NCBI GenBank assembly: GCA_964344945.1
Contig: CAYFPX010000001.1
Span: forward strand, 46,515-100,693
Reading direction: 5' to 3'
DNA from: an uncultured Enterobacterales bacterium
GTDB lineage: Bacteria; Myxococcota_A; UBA796; CAJQPC01
DNA: 54,179 nucleotides
Below, piece after piece: positions 8,843 through 16,533 of the stretch (within the stretch, counting starts at the first letter, position 1; the number at the start of each line of letters is the position of its first letter). The notes under the pieces are model-generated. The model was given only the letters and a program-made list of their open reading frames with translations. It did no database searches and was not told the DNA's origin. Both the position numbers and the translations under genes were made by a program.

Positions 8843-9856
8843 ATGGACGCGCGAAGCCTGATCGACAGCAAGGCCGCGGACGCTGGCTTCGCGCAGGTGC
8901 GGGTGGCCGCGCTGTCCCCGACCCCGTGGCTGGACCGCTTCGACGCCTGGCTCGCCCGGGGCTCCCACGGATCCCTGCACTGGCTCCAGGAGCGCCGGGA
9001 CGAGCGGGCGGACCCGCGGCTGCGCCTGCCCGGGGCTCGGAGCGTGATCGTGCTGGGCGTGGACCACCACCACGTGGTGCCGCCGGATCCCGGGGGCCTC
9101 ACGGGCCGCGTGGCCCGCTACGCCTGGGGCCGCGACTACCACAACCTCGTCGGCAAGCGGCTGCGGCGGCTCGAGAGGGCCCTGCGCCGCGAAGGCATCG
9201 CCTGCTGGTGAGGGGTCGACACGGCGCCCATCCTGGAGCGGTCCTGGGCGGGCGCTGCTGGCCTGGGCTTCGGCGGCAAGAACAGCGTGCAGATCTGGCC
9301 GGCGCGAGGCTCCTGGCTGGTGCTGGCCGTGCTCTTCGTGGACCTGGGGCTCGCCCCCGACGCCCCCCTCGGCGACCACTGCGGCGCCTGCACCCGCTGC
9401 CTCGACGCCTGCCCCACCGACGCCTTCCGGGGCCCCCGGGACCTGCACGCGCCCCTGTGCATCGCCTACTGGACGATCGAGGAACGGGGCCCCATCCCCT
9501 CGACATTGCGGGCGAAGTTCGGCCGCTGGGTCTTCGGCTGCGACGTCTGCCAGGAGGTCTGCCCCCACAACGCCGCCCCCCCGGAACCCGACGAGGACGA
9601 CCTCCTGCCGCGCAACGCCTGGCTGGACCTCCCGGAGATCCTGGCGGCTTCCGACCAGACCCTCATCCAGCGCTTCACCGGCACGCCCCTCCGTCGGCCG
9701 GGTCCCGACGGCCTGCGACGCAACGCGGCGGTGGTGCTGGGCAACCTGGGAGACCCGGCGGCCGTGCCGGTCCTGGAGCAGGCCGTGGACGAGTGCTCGC
9801 CCCTGGTGGCGGAGCACGCCCGCTGGGCCCTGGCTCAGCTGACCTCGGCCGCGTAG
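8843..9856 (+). pseudogene. queG: epoxyqueuosine reductase QueG interrupted by an in-frame TGA at 9209-9211
   Basis: ORFs 8714..9211 and 9287..9856 are in the same frame. The reading is continuous through the stop: ...REGIACW*GVDTAPILERSWAGAAGLGFGGKNS...CGACTRCLDACPT...CDVCQEVCPHN (two 4Fe-4S motifs) plus a C-terminal HEAT-like tail. Confidence 0.85.
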
Positions 9857-11013
9857 CGGGCGAACCGGGTGCGGTTGCGGTGCTGCGCGTCGGGGTCGAC
9901 CGGCGCCAGGCCCTCCCGCAGCAGCGTGCTGTTGACCATGGTGCGGTTCTCGAGCCGCACGTAGGCACGGCCCGGTCGGGTCTCCTCGATCAGCACGCTG
10001 CGCCTCAGCACCAGGGCCGCCAGGCGAGCCCGGCAGGCGGCGCCGTCCGCCGGGGGGTTCAGCCCCTCGAGCAGCACCTGTCGCCCGTCATCCAGCAGGA
10101 CCTCGATGGGCCCGGGCACCCCGATCACCTTGACGGCATCGGCGTACCGGGCCCGGCCCACCTGGTCCAGGGCGACCGCACTGCCGAAGAAGTCCGGGGC
10201 GTCCTCGGCGGCCCGGGTGGCCTGGGCGTCGCTGCGCACGACGAAGTCACAGGTCCCCTGCCCGACCCGCCCCTCGATGACCGGCCGGAAGTCGGCGTTC
10301 AGCTCGTACCCGACCGCCCGGCGGCCCAGCTCTCGGGCGGCGGCCAGGGTGGTGCCGGACCCGGCGAAGGGGTCCAGCACGGTGTCGCCCGGTGCGGTGT
10401 AGAGCCGCACGAAGCGTCGCGGCAGCTCCAAGGGGAACATCGCGTGGTGGCCCCCCATGCGCTCGCCAGGGAAGACCCAGTGGCCATCGAGCCAGCCCTG
10501 GAGCTCCGGATCGCCGGGCACGGGTGGGCGGGGCCCCGGCCTCCGCGTGACCAGGATGAATTCGTAGTCCAGCTTCAGGATGCCGTTGCGCGGGAAGGGG
10601 TAGGACCCCATCACGGCGCCGCCCCCGGTGCTGTTCATCGTGGACACCTTGCGCCAGATGAGGGTGCCCTCGTGCTCCAGGCCCCGCGCCAGGAGCGTGG
10701 CCAGCACCCGCTCCCGGATGGGCAGCACCCGGTACCGGCCATAGGTCTTGGCCCGGGTGTACTGGTCGCCCAGGTTGATGGCGAGGACACCCCCGGGCCG
10801 CAGGGTGCGCTGGCACTCGGCCCAGACCTCGGCCAGCCCGTCCAGGTAGGCCTCGTAGTCCTGGTCGTAGCCGAGCTGGCCGGCGGTGCCGTAGTCCTTG
10901 AGCTGCCAGTACGGCGGCGAGGTCACGACCAGGGCGACCGAGTCGTCGGCGACCTCGGACATGTCGCGGCTGTCCCCGAAGCACAGCCGCGGCCGGGGCC
11001 AGAGGGGCAGCAC
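9835..11013 (-). CDS. beta-class N4/N6 DNA amino-methyltransferase fused to a C-terminal staphylococcal-nuclease-like (OB-fold) domain
   Basis: Motif IV TSPPYW precedes motif I DPFAGSGTT, which is the beta-class order. The C-terminal 110 aa (VKVIGVPGPIEVLLDDGRQVLLEGLNPP...AYVRLENRTMVNSTLLREGLAPV) follow the thermonuclease pattern. The GTG start at 11013 overlaps the TAG of the upstream gene (TAGTG). Confidence 0.85.
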   Translation of the reverse strand: MLPLWPRPRLCFGDSRDMSEVADDSVALVVTSPPYWQLKDYGTAGQLGYDQDYEAYLDGLAEVWAECQRTLRPGGVLAINLGDQYTRAKTYGRYRVLPIRERVLATLLARGLEHEGTLIWRKVSTMNSTGGGAVMGSYPFPRNGILKLDYEFILVTRRPGPRPPVPGDPELQGWLDGHWVFPGERMGGHHAMFPLELPRRFVRLYTAPGDTVLDPFAGSGTTLAAARELGRRAVGYELNADFRPVIEGRVGQGTCDFVVRSDAQATRAAEDAPDFFGSAVALDQVGRARYADAVKVIGVPGPIEVLLDDGRQVLLEGLNPPADGAACRARLAALVLRRSVLIEETRPGRAYVRLENRTMVNSTLLREGLAPVDPDAQHRNRTRFARYAAEVS

Positions 11014-13007
11014 TACTCGCCGCTGCCCGGCAGCACCCAGATCGCGCCGTCCTCGACGCCCCGGGCCTGCCCCACCAACAGGTCCCCCACCCCGTCGCCA
11101 GTCAGGTCGCTGCCCAGGGCGAGGGCGCCGCCGAAGGCGCTGTCGTCGGTGAAGACGTGCCAAGGGGCGGCGTCGGCGTCGGTGTCCAGGGAGAGGGGCC
11201 CGTAGAAGATGCTCACGACGTCCAGGCCCTCCTGGTCCATGCTGTAGGCGGCCAGGTCGCTGGTGCCGTCGCCGTTGAGGTCGCCGCCGGCAGCCAGCAC
11301 CAGGCCCAGGAAGAAGGCCTCGGTGCCCGGGGCGATGCGGCCGGCGTCGTCCTGGGCCAGATCGACGGTGCCGCCCTGGGACGGCAGGGGCACGAGGTAG
11401 ATCACGCCCGAGGTCGTGCCGTCGTCCTCGGCGAGGGGCGCGGCGATCAGGAGGCTCGCGCCCGCCGGGTCCAGGTCCAGGGACAGGTGGACCTGGGTGC
11501 CGAGCAGGTCGCCGGCCGACTCGCCCACCACCGTGGCCGCCGCGTCGTCGGGCCCGAGGGTCTCGGTCAGCGTGGCCTGGCCCCGGAACATCAGGGCCCG
11601 GCCCCGCTCGTCGTCGCGCTCCGGCTCCCCGAGCAGCAGCTCGGAGTAGCCGTCGCCATCGAGATCGGTCCCGCCGGCCAGGGCCTCGCCCAGCCCGCTG
11701 CCCGCCCCGATGCCTGCGTCCTCGCCGCTCTCGAGCTCGATGGCGACGTCCGTGAGCGTGTAGCTGTTGCCCGCCAGCACCTCGTCGCGCACGAGGTAGA
11801 CGACACCGGTTCGCTCGCCCAGCCGGCCTCCAGGAGCGGCCACGAGCAGGTCGTCGAAGCCGTCGCCGTCGAAGTCACCGGCGTGCTGGACGGCGAAGCC
11901 CGTCTGGTCCCCGCTGGCGCCGCCGGACAGCACCGTGACCCGCTCGTCGACGCCCAGGGTCCCGCTCAGTGCCGCGGTGCCGCCGAAGATCAGGTGGGCC
12001 TCGCCGGCCCCGGTGCCCGGGCCCAGGGTGGAGCTGTCCGGAGAGCCGACGAGCACCTCGGCGTGGCCGTCGCCGTCCTGGTCCCCGGCGGACGCGATGG
12101 CGCTGCCGGCCCGGGCCCCGGCTTCGTCCCCCAGGAGCTGGATGAGGGCGGAGGAGGCCCTGGCGGCCTCGACGGGGGGGCAGGAGAAGATGTAGACCGC
12201 GCCGATCTCCCGGTCGGTGAGGTCGCCGTCGACCCCCGTGGCACCGGCTGCGAAGTCCCCCAGGCCGTCGCCGTCCACGTCTCCCACGTGGGCCACGCTG
12301 AAGCCGAAGGCCCCTGGGCTGATGCCGGCGTCCTCCAGCGTGATCTGTCGGCCGTCGGCGACCGAGGTGACCCGCTGGTCGCCCTCGGTCCGGCACTCGG
12401 GGCTGGGGAGGCAGTCCTGGTCCACCCCGTCGCCACACTCCTCCGCCGCGCCCGGGTGCACTTCGCCCTCGTCGTCGTCGCAGTCTCCCCCCGCCTCGGA
12501 CCAGCCTGGGCCAGGCTCGCAAGCCTGCCGCGTGCTGTCGTCGCGGCCCCAGTCGTCCAGGTCGGCGTCCTCGTACCAGGTGGTGAGCGGAGCCGAGTCG
12601 TCGGCGTCGTCGACGAGGCCGTCGCAGTCCTCGTCGCGCTCGGTGCCGTCGCAGATCTCGGCCGCGCCCGGGTTCACGGCGGCGTCGCCGTCGTCGCAGT
12701 CCCCGGCGGTCCCCAGGTGCCGGTCGGTGGGCGGCTCACAGGCGGTGCTGGCCAGGTCCGGATCGCCGTAGCCGTCGTCGTCGCCGTCGAGGTACCAGGC
12801 CGTCGGCTCGCCGATGGCCGCGTCGGTGTCGTCGCAGTCCTCGGTGGCCAGGATGCCGTCTCCGTCCACGTCCTGGCGATCTCCGAGATCCCCCTCGTCG
12901 ACGAAGAGGCAGCCGGCCAGACTGAGCAGCAGGGGGAAGAGCACTCGGGGCCTCCAGGGGGAAGGTACTATCGGATCCGGTTGACCTCCACGCTCCGCCG
13001 CGTCCAT
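11013..13007 (-). CDS. FG-GAP/VCBS-repeat lipoprotein with N-terminal Cys/Asp-rich putative metal-binding repeats
   Basis: A lipobox is present (LLLSLAGC). CDDxD...NPGAxExCDGxDxDCDG repeats are followed by multiple GDxDGDGxxD FG-GAP repeats. An alternative GTG start at 12944 is preceded by GGAGG. Confidence 0.8.
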   Translation of the reverse strand: MDAAERGGQPDPIVPSPWRPRVLFPLLLSLAGCLFVDEGDLGDRQDVDGDGILATEDCDDTDAAIGEPTAWYLDGDDDGYGDPDLASTACEPPTDRHLGTAGDCDDGDAAVNPGAAEICDGTERDEDCDGLVDDADDSAPLTTWYEDADLDDWGRDDSTRQACEPGPGWSEAGGDCDDDEGEVHPGAAEECGDGVDQDCLPSPECRTEGDQRVTSVADGRQITLEDAGISPGAFGFSVAHVGDVDGDGLGDFAAGATGVDGDLTDREIGAVYIFSCPPVEAARASSALIQLLGDEAGARAGSAIASAGDQDGDGHAEVLVGSPDSSTLGPGTGAGEAHLIFGGTAALSGTLGVDERVTVLSGGASGDQTGFAVQHAGDFDGDGFDDLLVAAPGGRLGERTGVVYLVRDEVLAGNSYTLTDVAIELESGEDAGIGAGSGLGEALAGGTDLDGDGYSELLLGEPERDDERGRALMFRGQATLTETLGPDDAAATVVGESAGDLLGTQVHLSLDLDPAGASLLIAAPLAEDDGTTSGVIYLVPLPSQGGTVDLAQDDAGRIAPGTEAFFLGLVLAAGGDLNGDGTSDLAAYSMDQEGLDVVSIFYGPLSLDTDADAAPWHVFTDDSAFGGALALGSDLTGDGVGDLLVGQARGVEDGAIWVLPGSGE

Positions 13008-13322
13008 GGCTGGGTCGTCCAGCTCACCGGTGCATCGGCGCTGCTCGCAGCCGCCGGCTTTCACGCCACGATCGCCTGGGTCGGCCCGGAGCTGGCGACG
13101 GGTCTGTTGTTCTACGCCGCGGAGACCGAGGCCGTGCCCACGGCGGTCCCCCACCCCTGGTCCGCGGTGGTGCCCGTCTGGGGCCTCGGCCTGGTGCTGG
13201 TGGGGTCGAGCATCGCGCGCCGCAGCCCCGGCCTGGGCTGGCTGGGGCTCGCCGCCGGACTCGCGTCGCTGGGCCAGGGTGTCTCCCAGATCCTGCAGCT
13301 CATGGAGGCCGCCCGTCCGTGA
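12981..13322 (+). CDS. hypothetical small membrane protein
   Basis: A TTG start at 12981 gives three hydrophobic segments (ALLAAAGFHATIAWV, VVPVWGLGLVLVGSSI, LGWLGLAAGLASL). Stop TGA overlaps the rhomboid GTG (GTGA). The start codon and the reality of the gene are uncertain. Confidence 0.4.
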   Translation: MTSTLRRVHGWVVQLTGASALLAAAGFHATIAWVGPELATGLLFYAAETEAVPTAVPHPWSAVVPVWGLGLVLVGSSIARRSPGLGWLGLAAGLASLGQGVSQILQLMEAARP

Positions 13323-15036
13323 CGATCGAGGTCCTGGGTCCCGACGGCAAGCGCCACCTGGCGTACGAGGACTTCGAGATCGAGGTCCGGGACGGCCTGA
13401 TCTCGGCGGAGACCCCCATCCGCTTCGAGGTCGTGACCGGCAGCCGCTTCGTGCCCGCGGGCGAGCTGGAGCTCTTCCACGCCCTGGCCGACGCCGAGCT
13501 GCGCCGGTTCCGGCTGGGCCTGCGCAGCCTGGGCATGCCCCTGATGACCGCGGTGCTCGTGGGGCTCCAGCTGCGGGTCTACCTGGTGAGCAAGGGGCCA
13601 GGGGTCTCCGAGCTGCTCATCGACGCCTTCACCAATTGGGCGCCGGCGATCCTGGAGCACGGCGAGGTCCACCGGCTGTTCTCCTACGGCCTGCTGCACC
13701 TCTCGCTGCCGCACCTGGCCTTCAACCTGCTCTTCCTGGCCTACGTCGGGTGGAACCTGGAGCGGGGGCTCGGCCGGATCAACATGGCGGCCATCTTCTT
13801 CTTCTCGGGGGCGGGCTGCTGTCCCTGGTGATGTCCCCCGGACGGCCCTCGCTCGGCGCTTCCGGGGGAGACTTCGGGCTGCTCGCCGCGGCGGTCGTGT
13901 TCGGCTGGAAGCACGGCGAGCTGATCCCCGACGTGGCCCAGAAGTACTTCGGCTGGGCCGTGGTCTGGTACCTGGGCGTCAGCCTGGTGATGGGCTTCTT
14001 CAGCCCCAACGTGGACAACTGGGGCCACATCGGCGGTCTGCTGGCCGGAGGCACCCTGGGCACGATGCTCGAGCCCGAGGTCTACGCCCGGCACCAGGCA
14101 CCCAACCGCCTCCGCCGTCGGCTGGCCCTCCTCGTCACCCTGGGGTCGATGTCCGCCCTGGTCGCCTGGGGGCCCGGGCTGGTGCGCCTGAGCCCCTACG
14201 AGGCGCCGGGGCTGCAGGCCTCCACCCCCAGCTACTGGAAGGAGACCTGGGCCTTCACCGGGGATCGGGGCTGGGTGTCGCCGGTGCGGGGTGCCACCCT
14301 GGTCGTGCACACCGGCGTGTTCTCCCACCCCCAGACCCCGGACCAGGCGGTCGCCCGTCTCCTGGACCAGGTCGACACCCACGGCGCCGACGCCCGCATC
14401 GCCCACGACGAGGCCGTGACCGTCGGCGGCTGGCCGGGACGCAGGCTGCGGCTGAGCTTCGAGCTCCGGGGCGAGCCCCAGGTGATGGAGGCGCTCGTCG
14501 TGACCCGCGGCGCCTATGTCTACCGGCTCCACCTGCACGCCCCGGCCTTCCGCGCCCGCCACTACGGCCAGCTCGCCGGGCGCGTGCTCGACGCGGTCCG
14601 CATCGAGGACCCGGCGGATCTGGTCCAGGCGCGGGACCGGAGCGAGGAGCACCCCCGGTCCTGGCCGGTCTGGATGGAGGTGGGCCGCGCCGCCGCTCGC
14701 GCTGGCCACCCGGAGGAGGCCGCCGACGCCTTCGCGCGGTCCTACCGGCTCTCCCGCAGCCGCAAGGACGCCGCCGCCGTCGGGCGCCTCGACGTGTTCG
14801 CAGACTATGGGGTCGGCCTGGCCCCCGCGGACATCGCGGCCATGGTCGCCGCGCACGGCGACTCCGCCCAGGTCCTCGTCGCCGCGGCGGGAGCCTGGGC
14901 CCGTGCCGGCGACGACGACCAGGTCGTCTCGGTGCTGGACAAGGCCGCCCTGGACCACCCGGACGACTTCGCTGTCCGCCGGGCACGCCAGCGACGGGGT
15001 CTGCCCGAGGTGTTGATCGAGGTGCCAGCGCCGTGA
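13319..15036 (+). pseudogene. rhomboid family intramembrane serine protease with long C-terminal extension, frameshifted as sequenced
   Basis: HLAFNLLFL (HxxxN) lies in frame 13319. The catalytic GASGGDFGL and HIGGLLAG lie in frame 13006. The frames switch at the G5 run 13807-13811. Length is 3n+2, and one extra G gives IFFFSGGGLLSLVMSPG. Confidence 0.8.
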
Positions 15037-15045
15037 GTGGCGCTG

Positions 15046-15786
15046 CTACCGCCGCGGCTGCGGGAAGCTCTTGCGCCCCTTCAGCTGCCCCTGCTGGGCG
15101 GCCATCAGCTGCTTGCGGGGGATCTGCTCCGGCCAGAAGCTGTACCAGCTCTGGCCAAAGGCCTTGCCCCACTTGAACTTCTTCATGCGGTTGTTGGCGA
15201 TGGCGCTCTTCAGGTCCTTGAGCGGGCCGTTGCCATCGCAGACCTTCAGCCCCTCGGACACCACCGACAGGGCCCGGTCCCGGTCCCCGGTCTCCAGCAC
15301 CGTGTAGGCGTAGAGCGCCCACATGGTCGGGTCCTTGCGGCCGTACTTGGCGGCCTTCTCCATGTGCTCGACCGCCAGGTCCTTGTTGTTGCTGCGGAGC
15401 TCCAGGGCGGCCAGCATGCCGACCGCCTGCCAGTTGCGGGCCCAGGCCTTCTGCAGCAGGGGGCGCGCGGCCTTGTAGTTGCGGGAGAAGTATTCGATCG
15501 CCCCGAGCTGGGCGTTGACCTGCTGGTCGATGAGGAACTGCCAGCGCCCCAGGGCGCGAGCGGCCTCGAGCTTGGCCTTGGCGGGATCCGGCTTGCCGCC
15601 CTGCAGGTCGACCGCGACTTCCTCCATGACCGCCTGGAGCTTGCGACCGATGCGGCGCGCCAGCAGGAAGTAGACCAGGGGAAAGACCAGGACGGCCGGC
15701 ACGATGCCGTAGGTCACGTTGCCGGCGAGGGCGCCCAGCCCGAAGGCGGCGGCCCCGGCGAGCAGCGCCAGGAGCAGGTTGATCAC
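15046..15786 (-). CDS. membrane-anchored TPR-like repeat protein
   Basis: Two N-terminal TM segments (LLLALLAGAAAFGLGALAG, IVPAVLVFPLVYFLLA) are followed by TPR-like helices (NYKAARPLLQKAWARNWQAVGMLAALELRSNNKDLAVEHMEKAAKYG). Confidence 0.7.
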   Translation of the reverse strand: MINLLLALLAGAAAFGLGALAGNVTYGIVPAVLVFPLVYFLLARRIGRKLQAVMEEVAVDLQGGKPDPAKAKLEAARALGRWQFLIDQQVNAQLGAIEYFSRNYKAARPLLQKAWARNWQAVGMLAALELRSNNKDLAVEHMEKAAKYGRKDPTMWALYAYTVLETGDRDRALSVVSEGLKVCDGNGPLKDLKSAIANNRMKKFKWGKAFGQSWYSFWPEQIPRKQLMAAQQGQLKGRKSFPQPRR

Positions 15787-15850
15787 GGCGGACCTCCGCT
15801 CGCACTCCCCAGAGGCCTGCGGGTCGCGCGAGTGCCCTTCCTAACGCCGC

Positions 15851-15879
15851 TTGACCGGGTGTGCGGCCCCCGGTAGAAC
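15851..15879 (+). promoter_or_regulatory. candidate sigma70-type promoter for the BMC-domain gene
   Basis: TTGACC (15851-15856), a 17-nt spacer and TAGAAC (15874-15879) end 9 nt before ATG 15889. No Shine-Dalgarno is present, so the mRNA would be nearly leaderless. The -10 element is weak. Confidence 0.25.
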
Positions 15880-15888
15880 CCCGACACC

Positions 15889-16533
15889 ATGGCGATCGAT
15901 CTCCGCACCTGGACCTACATCGACATCCTCCAGCCCCAGACCGCTGGCTTCGTGGGCACCATCGCCAAGGGCTACCTGCCCCTGGTGGGCCAGGCGTCGC
16001 TGTACGTCGAGGTCTCGCCGGGCATGGACATCAACAAGGTGACCGACGTCGTGCTCAAGCGCACCTCGTGCACGCCGGGCATGCAGATCGTCGAGCGCCG
16101 CTACGGCGTGCTCGAGGTCCACCACTACCACCAGGGCCAGCTCCGCCCCCCGGGCCACCAGATCACCGAGGTCCGGGGGATCAGCGAGTCCGATCGGCTC
16201 AGGCCGCGCATCGTCTCCGCCCAGACCATCACCGGCATCACCGGCTACCACAGCCAGATCGTGAACCGCTTCCGGCACGGCAACTACATCCACGAGGGCA
16301 CCACCCTCTACGTGCTCGAGACCCACCCCGCCGGCTACGCCCTGCTCGCCACCAACGAGGCGGAGAAGGCCGCGGAGATCGACGTGCTCGAATTCCTGTC
16401 CTTCGGAGCCTTCGGCCGGGTGTACCTGGGTGGCGACGAGGAGAACATCAAGGAGGCCGCCAAGGCCGCCATCGCCGCGCTCCAGGACATCGACGGCCGC
16501 CCGAACGAAGGCGGCCCGACGATGTTCTACTGA
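15889..16533 (+). CDS. tandem BMC-domain shell protein (BMC-T, EutL/PduB-like permuted type)
   Basis: There are two BMC-like halves. The first is ASLYVEVSPGMDINKVTDVVLKRTSCTPGMQIVERRYGVLEVHH. The second is VSAQTITGITGYHSQIV...YVLETHPAGYALLATNEAEKAAEIDVLEFLSFGAFGRVYLGGDEENIKEAAKAAIAAL. They resemble the EutL pattern (VSRTGSYLS...APPLEATYGIDAALKSADVQL). Confidence 0.6.
   Translation: MAIDLRTWTYIDILQPQTAGFVGTIAKGYLPLVGQASLYVEVSPGMDINKVTDVVLKRTSCTPGMQIVERRYGVLEVHHYHQGQLRPPGHQITEVRGISESDRLRPRIVSAQTITGITGYHSQIVNRFRHGNYIHEGTTLYVLETHPAGYALLATNEAEKAAEIDVLEFLSFGAFGRVYLGGDEENIKEAAKAAIAALQDIDGRPNEGGPTMFY

Noticed and set aside
9209-9211. The in-frame TGA in queG read as selenocysteine, or as evidence for a reassigned genetic code.
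   Set aside because: Many genes in the window end in TGA at positions consistent with protein family lengths, and coupled GTGA/ATGA/CTGA junctions use TGA as the stop. QueG is not a known selenoprotein, and no SECIS-like hairpin is evident immediately downstream.
1714-11205. Very long ORFs in alternative frames or on the opposite strand. Examples are the upstream part of 1714..7230, 4123..7119 (-), 4650..7772 (+) and 7333..11205 (+). Similar ORFs elsewhere include 24971..28456, 31661..34720, 37107..39152, 37180..39288 and 45795..48041.
   Set aside because: They are shadow ORFs typical of DNA with about 70% G+C. Their translations are Arg/Gly/Pro/Ala/His-rich and low in complexity, with no recognisable motifs. 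Each overlaps a frame that encodes a clearly recognisable protein.
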